A DNA stretch of 64,000 nt from positions 33,757,608-33,821,607 of the forward strand of contig NC_081376.1 in the NCBI RefSeq assembly GCF_030684315.1, given 5' to 3'. Below, piece by piece: positions 39,201-50,460 of this stretch. Both the position numbers and the translations under genes were made by a program. The stretch is from Stegostoma tigrinum. Taxonomy: Eukaryota. Every line of letters begins with the position of its first letter. The first letter of the stretch is position 1. The notes beneath the pieces are model-generated. The model ran no database searches and was not told where the DNA came from. It saw only the letters and a list, made by a program, of their open reading frames with translations.

Positions 39201-42200
39201 CCCATCAGCAGATCTTTGCCTGGCGTGGCCCTAGCATTACCCTTTACCAGCATCGACTTCAGGCTGTTGAATGTGTAGAAATAAACAAAGTTTGAACAGC
39301 AAACACTAGAAATAACAGGGAACCATCCACGATATAGAGCTGATCTGAAAAGGAGAAGAGAGAGTTTCAGCATTCTGTGCTGACATTGTGCATTTCTTTG
39401 AGCAATCCACACCACCAAGTATTTAATAATTAATAGCTTCTAAACCATGGGAAATTACACATTTCAATTTCCGACATAGTGAACAGAACAAATAAACCTG
39501 CAAATAGATTACTTCATATTTTTTCTAAATATCAAAGTTCTTGTTAGAGTTCTATTATTTTTAAATGTAACCTATTTATGAAGGCAAACCAGCATCAGAA
39601 AGAGGGAAAAATACGGTTTGGAATTTTCTGCATGTACATCCTACAAAAAATGTGACTGTCTTATGAAGGTTACTGATCTTAAACAATAAAATCTGTCAGC
39701 TCTGCCCAGATGCCATTGTTTTACGTAAAATGTAATTAGTTGGTCATTCAAAGTCATTAAATCTGTTTGAATTGCTTTGATACAAAATAAACCACATGTC
39801 TGAACACACCACTTATTTGGAAAACCTAAATTTCCAATAATTACAAATTGCACTCTGATACAAGCCATTGCCTGGTGAGCATCACTTATAGAACAAACAC
39901 ATTGAATTATACAACATTTAAAAGATCAGAACTCTTTAAATAAGGTAAAACTACATAAACAAAAGGGGAAAAAGGAATAGAAAAAGAAACCAAGTTAAAG
40001 ACATGTGGTGGGCATAAACACCAAGGTGGACCAGTTGTGTTAAATTTGTTTGTACAGCGAGTTCTGTATTACTCACAAGCCTTCCTCTTTCACAATTTCT
40101 GCCAATATCACAGGTGTGGAGCTGGATTTACGTTTTTCATCAACTAAACACAGGAAAAAATAAGGGGTGTTGAAGCCTGAATTATTATTATTAAACAATA
40201 TAAATCACTAGCCATGAATGTACTTGTATTCAGTTGTACTCAATTTAGACAACTGCTTGTTTTATTCATTTAAAACACCTCAATCCCATTGTCACTGTGC
40301 TCCCAAAGGATGTTCAGACAGACTCTGTAAATGTCCTTGTACATTTACATCATTATAGTCACAGGTGTCCAAGTTTCTGTTTAGTGTAAGGATACTTATT
40401 AACAATTTGACAACTTGTTCACATTAGGCACATCCATGGTTTACTTTATAAAATCATTAGTGTTGTTGCTGTCCAAATGGACAGTCATGGCCAGGACACT
40501 GGGCTAATGTTTAAACAAACATTAGATTGTGTCATGGGGTGCTAATAAGGCTAGTATTCTAAAAGCATAAGATCAGAAAGGTTGAAGGACCTCTTCCATC
40601 CAAACCAACTTTATGATCATGAGATAGCCAAGGAAGCAAATGGAATGTTGCAAAAAAAGTAGATGAGTACTTGTTTGTGAAATTGGAAAACTACTAGTTA
40701 GAAAATAATTAATCAGTTGCATCTAGGCAAGGGTCAAAGCTTTATTTGTTATTTCTTAAACTAACTCTTCCAATTCACAATTCATCTCGAGACCCTCATT
40801 TCATTTGCAAACACCCATCTGCTGCTGCATAATTCTGACAGTCATTTCAGTTACCCCTCTAAACATTGCAACCATATGTGCAAATCTTCCCTCATTGACC
40901 AAACTCCTCATTTCACTGCCATCCTACCATCAGGAAAACCCAACTAAATTCTGAAATTCACTTACCCCAATAGAAGAAGATCGGGTTAATTAATTGATTC
41001 TTTTTTATTAGATAACCTTATTAAGGTTTATAAAATGAAGAACATTAGACAGACACAGATCATCCATGATGTGGGTTAATGTAGAGTACACTGGAGCAAC
41101 TGAATGGCCTGCTGCTGTTCCTGAAATTCTTCACGTGACTCCTTCCCTCTGTTTTCTTTTGAGTCCGTTGCTTGGCCTAGTCCTTTAATTCTCTCCACCT
41201 TTGTATCCACTGAATACTAAAAAAAATCTATAGAACTTTTTGTTTTGAGTTATAATTTTTTGGAATATTTTAATCCAAAAAACTAATGTCATAATAAACA
41301 AGATTATTATAAAAATCCCAAATTTCACCAACACAGAAGCACTTAGCTTTCTGTGATCTTTGCTGTGATTCAGGGATGTAACTAGTGTACTTTACTATAG
41401 AGACTTTAGATTCACCATAAACTGGGTTATTTGTGTTAGAATTCCTACCTTGAAGTCGTATCCTCACAGTATCCAAAGGGAAAAATGTTGTTGTAGCAGT
41501 CACACTACCCTGCAGAAAATAAAAGGTGAGGGAGCAGGTGTTATTCTGCATCTTCCAAAGTGCCATGTAACAGCAATCAGCAGAGGGAGAGCTGACAGGG
41601 ATTCTCTCTAGTCCGAAAACACTGATCTATCCCAGCTAACCTCAACCCAATGCCATCAAATCTTTAGAAGGATGTCCCACCTGACAAATTAATCTTGAAA
41701 GCTCTGCTAAAACCAGTCACATCCTGGAGTTCCTCTTCGACAGGATCACAGACTGAGCTTAGTTTCAATAACTGGAATGAAACAAAAATAACCCCCACTC
41801 TAATGGTCTTAAAGCTTTTAGAAGAAAGCAGGTTCTTAGTCCATTGTAAGGACGTGAAGCAACACTAGCACTCCCTGCCAATTACAGTGTTAGAATAAAC
41901 AAAGACAATGTCTATTACAAGTATTTCAATTAAGACCAAAACATAACTAATACCACGTCCACTTGTCATTTGATGACTTGTTTGACTAAATGACAAGAGA
42001 TGAAAAGATGTTTTGTGAGGTCATCTCATTGATGTAGCATCCTTTCTATTACAAAGTTCCTTCCAGTACCTTTAGTCATTGTTAAGTATGGCAGCCAATG
42101 TGTGCACATCAATGGGAATCAGTTATTGGTGACGATAAATGTTATCCAGGGTGTTGGCAGAACACCCTCCCCTACTTTTTTTAAAAAGTGCTGCTAAAGA

Positions 42201-43351
42201 TATTGAATCAGCGTGCAAGATCACGGGGACTGACACTTTGATGTTCTAGGTAAAGAATTTCCAACAGCAGCGATCCCTGATCCCTGCGCACAACAGTTGA
42301 GATGATGCGATCACTTGGGTCAGGACGAGTGTTGCCAGAAAGTGAAAGCTGTTATAATGTGCTGTTAATGAAATCCACGCCTTACTTAAAACAGAAGAAT
42401 AGCCAAAAAAAAAACAAATTGAAAAGAAAACATTCATAACCAAGCCTTAACATATATGGTTGCTGTAGACGGATGATATTGTGACAGTGATGATATAATT
42501 ATTGTATTTAGAACTGATTACAACATCAAACCGTGTTTTAAAGAACATTGTCCTCGTGGAAAATACAGTTGCACAAGCACGTTGCGAAAAGGAAAATCAC
42601 ATGAAAACATCCAGTCACAGGGGAGCTGACAGAGGGATCACTATTTCTGCAGCCTCGTCAGAGCGCGAGAAAGGCTCCGAAATTCTCCCTCGGGAAATTG
42701 CCGAGGGAAATGTTTGTTAGATTAATGACGGGGGAGAGATGACATCGACACTCAATCCCTGGGGTTATTTCCAAAGATTTGAGATACATTAAACACTGTG
42801 CCACCGAAACTGAAATGAATCAGCAGGAGAGCACGCTTCAGCCGATCCAGGAGCCTACCTCTTTTATCCTTTGAAAAATCTTTCTCAAACTTTCTCTTAC
42901 AGATGGGTCTTTCAAGTGTTTTTTTTAACCTCGGGGCAGATTTAACTTAAATCTGCACTGAACGGGCGGAAAAGTTCAGCTAGTCACAGAGTAACACAAT
43001 GACTGGGTCTGCACATTGACAAAACCCAACCAGGAAATCTGAGGCTGGAATACGGATGCAGCCCAACCCTGGACGCTCACATGTAAAATTCAGAGCATTC
43101 AACAGAACGCTGCGAGGAACGCTGGGCTGAAGCTTTAACCAGGCGGGTTACCCCGAGGCTCCAGTTTTCACCTAACACACTCCCGGTGAGGTTTGGAGAC
43201 CGGGGTGTGTGTTGTTCTAATTGAAGTGCCTGGTGCACGGTGTATCCACCGTGTTTAAACTCCAGGTCATCCCACAACTTACCACCATCCCAGCCACTGC
43301 GTGCACAAGTGTCTCGTAGGAAGCAAGAGAAGAGCTGGCAGAGCCCTTCAT
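33264..43351 (-). CDS. SLC25A17: Peroxisomal membrane carrier PMP34 / SLC25A17-like (mitochondrial carrier family), 9 coding exons, 313 aa
   Basis: Exons (-): 43351-43283, 41509-41449, 40143-40077, 39344-39190, 35734-35618, 34177-34032, 33829-33734, 33650-33568, 33411-33264 (942 nt), GT-AG with consistent phases. Peptide [150 protein letters not shown]. Whether this is the orthologue or a paralogue of human SLC25A17 is unresolved. Confidence 0.9.
36000..36700 (-). mobile_element. Old CR1 LINE 3' fragment
   Basis: Begins with the reverse-complement tail GAACATAAGAAATAGGAGCAG and resembles other CR1 copies in the window. Confidence 0.65.
37807..38126 (-). mobile_element. HE1-like V-SINE
   Basis: Reverse complement of the same SINE, with a CR1-type 3' tail. 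Confidence 0.75.
38403..38993. repeat. Perfect 115-bp inverted repeat (38403-38517 / 38879-38993), 361-bp spacer, built from an L2-like 3' end
   Basis: Base-by-base comparison shows the arms are exact reverse complements. Confidence 0.95.
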
Positions 43352-43600
43352 TATTAATCCAAGAAATGAAAGCAGGATTGTTCGCCAATCTATAGAGAAA
43401 TACAGAGTCTTCCTTTAACTCCGGCTCCACCCAGCACTCGGAGAAATACTTTGAGCAAACCCACGCCCTCTGTTGGTGAAAATGTTCAAGGACGTCCGGC
43501 TGGAGAAGGAATTGGGCGGCAGGCAAACTCATTTAAAATCTAGCCATTTGCGGGATTAAAATCGGACCCAGCGTATTCCGGCGTTAAAAAAAGAACAAAC
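42650..43600 (-). promoter_or_regulatory. CpG-enriched promoter / exon 1 region of the SLC25A17-like gene
   Basis: CpG density is raised around coding exon 1 (43283-43351). ETS-like TTCCGG near 43576 and YY1-like GCCATTT near 43543. Confidence 0.45.
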
Positions 43601-44149
43601 ATTGAACTTCCAGGTGTGGCATAGAGACACTGATTCAGTCAGAGGCACTAACAGTGAAAGAAAACGTATGTTCCTCACGCATCCAAAACTGAGGTCTTTC
43701 TATAATCATGTACCGAGAGGCTGTTAACATAGAGAACCCCTTTGTAGCTGGTATTGAAATGTATATCGTTTCTGGTCAAATTCAGTAAATGTGCCAATTT
43801 TGCACATACGCACACGTGTACAAAATGTTTAGCTCAGAAATGTAATTTTTATTCAATCTAATGTAATGTCCGACTCGATTTTTTATACAGATAAATTATG
43901 AATCGAGTATATTTTGTAAGACAAAGATGCGAGTAACCAAGCAAATATAACAGCAACAGCATTCAAAAAAACGAACATGAAGATCCTCTGACATTTTCCA
44001 GTAATGTGGAAAATTGCCCATATATGTCCTGTCCATCAAAAGCAAGATAAATCCCCAACATGCCCAATTACTACTCTCGATCATTCGTAAAAGTGATAGG
44101 AGATTCATCAACAATGCTATAAGGCGACTGATGCTCAGCTTGTGTTCCG

Positions 44150-45380
44150 CCACCTGACTTCATTAGGGCCTCAGTTCAAATGTGGGTAAGAGACCTGAAT
44201 TCCAGAGGTGTGGAGGGAGTGACTAACCTTGACATTAATACCATATTTGACCTAGTGTGGCATTAAGGAGTCCTAGCAAAACTAAAATGATTGGAAATCA
44301 GGGACAGAACACTCCATTGGCTGGCGTCATCTCTGGCACAAAGAAAGGTGATTGGATTGTGGTTGTTGGAGTCATCTTAGCGGCAGGACATTTCAGCAGC
44401 AGTTCCTCAGGGTAGTGTCCTAGGCCCAACCATCTTTAGCTGCTTCGTCAATGACTTTTCCTCTATCATAACGTCAGAAGTGGGGATGTTGTTGATGATT
44501 GCACGATATTCAGCAATATTCAGGAGTCCTCAGATACTGAAGCAGTCCACGTTCAAATGCAGCAAGATTTGGACAATATACAGGTTTGGGCTGACAAGTA
44601 GTAAATAACATCTGTGCCCCACAAATGCCAAGCCAAGATCATCTCCAACAAGACAGAATCTGATCATTGCCCTTTGACATTCACTGGCATAAACCTCATT
44701 GAATCCTCCACTGTTAACATTCTGGCGGGTTATCTTTGATCAGAAACTGAACTGGACTAGCCACATAAATACAATGGCTACAAGAGCAGGTCAGAAGCTA
44801 GGAATACTGCAGCGAGTAACTTACCCCCTGATTCCCCAATGTCTCTCTATCATCAACAAGGCTCCAGTCAGGAGTGTGATGGAATACTCCCCACTTGCCT
44901 GGATGGGTGCAGCCCCAACAGCACTCAAGAAGCTCAACACCATCCAGAGCAAAGCAGCCTGCTTGATTGGTACTACACCCACAAGCATTCAGTTGTTCCA
45001 CTACCAACATTCAGAAGTAGCAGTGCACACCATCGACATGATGCACTGCAGAAATTCAAGAAGGGTCCATCGACGGTATCTTCCAACCTGTGATTGACAC
45101 CATCTAGAAATACAAGGACAACAAATACATGGAAAAACTACAACCTGCCAGTTCTCCTCCAAGCCAGTCCCAACGTTGACCTGGAAATATATCAGCATTC
45201 TTTCACTGTTGCCAGGTCCAAATCCTGTGGGCCTCCCTCCCCAATAGAATTGTGGGTCTACTTCCAGCGCATGGACTGCAGTATTTCCAGAAGGCAACTC
45301 ACCATCACCCTTTCACCATCTTCCCAATTAGAGAGAGGCAATAAATGCCCACCCAGTGACAACCACATCCAATTAAAAAA
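44150..45380 (+). mobile_element. CR1-clade LINE RT 3' fragment (second family)
   Basis: GTTCCTCAGGGTAGTGTCCTAGGCCCA (VPQGSVLGP) and FDQKLNWTSHI..VRSVMEYSPLAWMGA. Related copies at 52600-53860 (-) and 54125-54715 (+). Confidence 0.8.
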
Positions 45381-46637
45381 TGGTGTCCATTGTTCATTTT
45401 TCACTTACCATTCAGAAATGGAATCTGCTCCATCCAGGTTTACCAGTCTTCAAATGTGGCTGGTGAATTGGGCAGCAGGGAAGGTCAGTTCTTGTGTTTA
45501 AAAGGTTGCATTTTGGACATTTTTAGAAGTTTGCAGCCTCACAATCTCACCTTTATTTCTTTTTTAAAAGATGCAAACGCTGCAGCTCTGAAACAAGAAC
45601 AAAAACAACAGAGCCAAAAAAAGTTAGGAGCAAGGGAGGACCATTGAGCCCCGAAACCTGTTCCGTTATTCAAAGCAAGCAGAAAACTTTGCAAGCAGAT
45701 GTCAAATTAATGAGTATCTGTAAGAGAAAATAGAGGGTAATGTTCGATTAAAGAGTTATCAAATCATTTATCTATTTTGTTACTTTGCGCGATACCAACC
45801 CTCTCACACAGGGGCTAGGTTGTTCTAAATGATGTGTACAGAGGTACTTTTAATCACCACAGCCACAGCCAGCAATGGCAGAAGTCTGCATGAATCACCC
45901 TCTCATCTTCACACCGACTGGTAATTTTAGGAGCGTGAACCAGTTGTTACTGTATATCAGACCGATCCAACTATATCGCAGCCAATTCGTTTTGAATGTA
46001 GTCAGTGTTGTAATGTTGGTGTTTACAACAATATTCACCGAGATACTGTACGTGGAAGCTTGGCTGCTGTTTCCTCACTAGTGTACACTTCAAAAAGTGC
46101 TTCATTGGTTACAGAAAAATAGTTTGACGTGAAAGGACGTGAAAGTTGCAATATAAATAAATGTAATTCTCCATGTTTCGGTTGTAAGCTGCACTCATTC
46201 TCTCTGACATATTAAGGACCCCGATTTACTGCGTTATTTCTGAGTGTGTTTGGCATAAACAATCTCCGGACGAAATGAATGAATCTGTCGTTAATGGTTC
46301 ACTGACCACTACCACACCCCCTCCCCCAAAATCCCGTGTATCTCTGGCTGCAAGCGGTTGCTTCTCAAAACGTCTTACTCTCCCATTGATTATCATTATG
46401 ATTCACACTTCGCTTCTCAACCGTAATAATTTATTACAACTCGAGGACATCGAGTGAGAAGAGAATTTGACATCAACCTATAATTCAAAGGTCGGTTGGT
46501 GTTATACAGTTAGAACATTTTAAGGTCGATCCATGTTTCCTAAACAAATAGATAAAACTAAAATGACAAAAAAAACCGCTGAGGATTTAGTTGCAAATAT
46601 CAGAGACACAATCGATGCGAAGCAGCGGGAACCTTGC

Positions 46638-46701
46638 ATTGCGAAAATGCAAAAACAGTTGAAGTATTTATTGCGAAAATGCAAAAACAGTTGAAGTATT
46701 T
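46638..46701. repeat. Perfect 32-bp tandem duplication upstream of ANKS4B
   Basis: ATTGCGAAAATGCAAAAACAGTTGAAGTATTT x2. Confidence 0.95.
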
Positions 46702-47036
46702 AACGGATAAACAATGGAAGGGATAACTAACATGCAAACACAGACATTCGTTTGGTTTTCAGTTTAGGCAGATAAATGGTGCCCTTTTGCAGACTGCAAT
46801 TTACATTAAACAATGTTTAAATCACATAAATGTGCTCAAGAAACAGGAGGAAGTAACGGGGGAAACAACACCTGATAATCTCGTCAGCTGGCCTGCCTTA
46901 AATCTGCACTCTCTGGAGAGTGGACCTTGTTCCCACCCTGGGCGGTGCCACTCCATCTCCCGGTCCTCGCTCACTGGCTGCTCCCTCCAGCTGCGAACGC
47001 TGTGAGTGTGTGAAGGCCAGCCTCAGGATTTGAGCC

Positions 47037-50000
47037 ATGACTGAGAGGTACCACAAAGCGGCCAGGGATGGCTACCTCGGTCCCCTGAAGGAGGCCACAA
47101 AGAGGGATCTGAACAGTCCCGATGAGGACGGAATGACCCCGACGCTTTGGGCGGCATATCACGGCCATTTGGAGGCTCTGCAGCTCATCTGCAGCAGAGG
47201 GTGAGTGTCACAACCTGACTCTTTTATGTTACCCTTCATGGTTCTTTTTCCAAATAAAATGATCATCTGTTTCAGAGGGGAAGAGGATTGTAGATTAAGA
47301 TACACTGCAATCGCTTTAAATCATCCAGGCTGAACTGATCTGAGAGTGCTGCACTGTTCGAGATGCTTTCTTTCATTATGAGTCCTTAAACTAAGGCCTA
47401 AGCAGGGCAATGTAAAAGGTCCCACGGTTCTATTTTGAAGGACAGGAGGAGTATCCCTGCAGCTCAGTCCAACATTCGTCTTTAAACGTCACGAAGACTA
47501 TAGTCCAAACATTATATTATTACTGTCGGTGGAAGCTCGTTTAACACAAATTGGCTATCAAATCTCCTACTGTAAAAGTCTCTGCACAAAAAAGTCGTTC
47601 TTTATTTGGAAAGTTTTTGGAACATTTTGACTTTGTGAAAGGCTGTATATAATTGCAAGTCATTCAATGTTTATTTGAAGCAGTTTAATCATTATTTTTA
47701 AATTTATATTTCCTTTAATTGAGAATTTATTTTGTAAAAGTGCTTTGAGGTAATAGACATTCAGACAATGTTGCAGGTTCTCAGTTGACAAACTTTCCTT
47801 GAACTATTTGTTATATGGGGGAAAGATCCCATTACAGAAAGAATCCAAATTAATATAAAATAAATATTTTTGTAATTAAACAGCAGAGGAATCCACAGAA
47901 ATACATTGTGATGTAATGTGTCAGGGGTGTGCCTCTCATCAACGTGAATTGATGTCACAAATCATGATTGTAAAGTCACGGATCAGGCATGTCTACCTGC
48001 AGCATTGCTCAAAGTCACGACAGATATAGATTATTTGCCGGTCACTGTCAAACTTTGTCAAGGGTTCAATGTGCCAAGCACTCCAATCACATGGGAGAGA
48101 GGGGAAAAAGCACAAAGTATGCATTTTTATACCATTGTCCACCAGAACCACATGTACCCCAAAGTGCTGTACATTTAATTGAGTACTTTATGAAGTGTAA
48201 TCACTTTTGTGATGTTTGTATCACAACCTGCCAACTTATACACAGCAAACTCCACAAAGAGCAATGTAATGATGACCAGACAATCTGATTCAGTGATTGA
48301 TCAAGGGATAAATATTGTCCACAACATGGGGATGAGCTTGCCTACTCTTCTTTGAATAATTTATTGGGATCATTTATGTCCACTTAAGAACACAGATAGG
48401 GCCACATTTACTATCTCATCCGCAGGATTAGCACCTCCTAACAGTCTAGAACTCCTTCAGTACTATAATGAAGGGCCCATTTGGATTAAGTGCTCGTGTT
48501 TTTGGAGTGGAATTGGAACCCATATCCTTCTGACTCAGAGGGCAGAGTGCCAAAGTTGTAAGCAGTGGGCATAGTCTGCTGCACTAGTTATTGGAAGTGC
48601 TGAGTGTGTCTGTTAGCCTAGTTATTACTTGTCCTGCTCAGTTGGACACATACCCTAGACTTAGGTTCTAGTCTCCATTAAATGAGCTGGTCTTCACTAA
48701 GCTACTCTCGGCTACTGCAGGCATAAGCATCCCATTCAAATTGTAGGTTAGATCAGACTTGCCCATGATGTCTTTTAAGGTCAACTCAGCACTCACTGTC
48801 TGAGGCAAAGTATCAAGAATGACAACTTGGGTAAAGAATCAGGAGGTTAATAACCCAGATCAACATGTACTACCAGTGCTAGGAAAAATGTGTAGTTTGA
48901 GAATTTGAAGCAAAAGACTCACGACATTATGTAAAACCCTGTATCAAATCAACTCTTTGTGCTTGTACTTCAGTGGCGATCCTGATATCTGTGATATCTG
49001 GGGCAATACACCTCTGCACCACGCTTCAACCAATGGCCACCTTCACATTGTCACTTTCTTGGTTAACTTTGGTGCAAATATTTGGGCTTTGGACAATGAT
49101 TTCCATTCTGCCATGGATGCTGCTGCCAGTAAGGATCGAATGGAATGTGTCCGCTTCCTGGACACAGCTGCCACCAAGCACATCACCATGAATCCGAAAC
49201 AGGTGGCCAGGCTAAAAGAAAAGGCAGTAAAGGACAGTGAGAAACAAATCAAACTGTGTGAAAAACGCAAGAAAAAGCACCAAAATCGGATGAACAAGAA
49301 GTATAGCCGGGAGATGGAAGCCCAAAGTGAAGGTGCTGCTTCTTCAGTACAGCAAGGAACTATATCCAGTGTCAGCAACCTCTCTACAGTAAGTGAACCA
49401 CAACACAAAGGTACCATTTCTTCCATTATCAAAGGATCTCTGCAGAAGAGACTTAAGAAGAAGGATAACAGCAAAAGCTTCACTCAGCAGCAACTAGAAA
49501 AGGATGTCATTTTTGTAAAGCAAGAACGAGACATTGGGATTCGGGCCAATGTACTGGATGTGTTTAATGAAGGAGATGAAGAGAATGCAGCTTCTTCTGA
49601 TTTGAAATCCTCTGACTATGATAACAACTTCGGTCATGAGTCTCTCTTCAATCGACCAGGATTGGGAAATATGCTCTTCAGGCGGAATTTTGTTCTGGGT
49701 TTAAACGTGGAAGAGGAAATGTTCAGCAGTAATGAAGTAGAAGACATTGGTTCCAAATTGCGCAGCATAGTGTTGAAGCCCAAGGAAATGTCTCCAGATC
49801 TTGAAGCTTTCAGTGAAGAAGAGGAAGATGATTTGCCCTGGAACGAAGATGATATCGGTCTGGATGATGATGAGCCTGAGACGACACCACTTGAAACCTT
49901 CTTGGCCTGTCAGAATATGACAGAGTTCATCCCTTTCCTGGCAAGAGAGCAGATTGACCTGGACTCCCTCATGCTGTGCACTGATGGCGATCTGAAAAGT

Positions 50001-50102
50001 ATCAGTCTGCCGCTCGGACCACGGAAAAAGATTATTTCTGCTGTAGAAAGAAGAAAGTTAGTTTTGGAAACACCAAACAAACTAGTGGATACTGTATTGT
50101 AA
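47037..50102 (+). CDS. ANKS4B: Ankyrin repeat and SAM domain protein 4B (HARP; USH1G/SANS paralogue), 2 coding exons, 430 aa
   Basis: Exon 1 47037-47200 ([57 protein letters not shown]|GTGAGT). Exon 2 48974-50102 has ankyrin repeats, the central [16 protein letters not shown] segment, a SAM domain and a C-terminal class I PDZ-binding motif DTVL*. The two-exon layout and tail-to-tail adjacency to CRYM favour ANKS4B over USH1G. Confidence 0.92.
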
Positions 50103-50269
50103 GTAACGCCATATTAAAAGCAGATAGAGTTGTTAGCTATAAATTTTACACAATTGTTCTCTGTTAATAAGTACCTGTATTAAATACCATTTACTCAATG
50201 CAGCCTTCTTTATCTGGGGTTATCTGCAGTTCAAAGGACTAAAGTCATGAATATGGTGGTTTATTTTAA

Positions 50270-50460
50270 GGTGGTTTAGTTAATAGCACTGGCACCACTG
50301 AATCAAAAAGATGTAGGCTCAAATTCCATTGCTCGAATTGAGCACATAACTGAGACTCACAGTCCACTGAGGAAATGGAATCGCCGTCTTTTGGACGGGA
50401 ATGTTAAACTGAGGCTCCAGCTGCCTTCTCAGGTGAATGTAAAAGATTTCGAAACCACTT
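50270..50460 (+). mobile_element. Old Deu-domain-like SINE (SacSINE1/AmnSINE-like)
   Basis: CGCCGTCTTTTGGACGGGAATGTTAAACTGAGGC..CTCAGGTGAATGTAAAAGAT resembles the Deu core as I recall it. Degenerate relatives at about 47330-47660 (+), 48130-48545 (-), 11640-11920 (-) and 62330-62600 (-). Confidence 0.5.

Noticed and set aside
43077-43532. 151-aa ORF as a separate gene or N-terminal extension
   Set aside because: The true SLC25A17-like exon 1 ([12 protein letters not shown]|GTAAGT) is in another frame, and the ORF runs into the intron with no recognisable domain.
49043-49483. 146-aa antisense ORF
   Set aside because: Shadow of ANKS4B exon 2.
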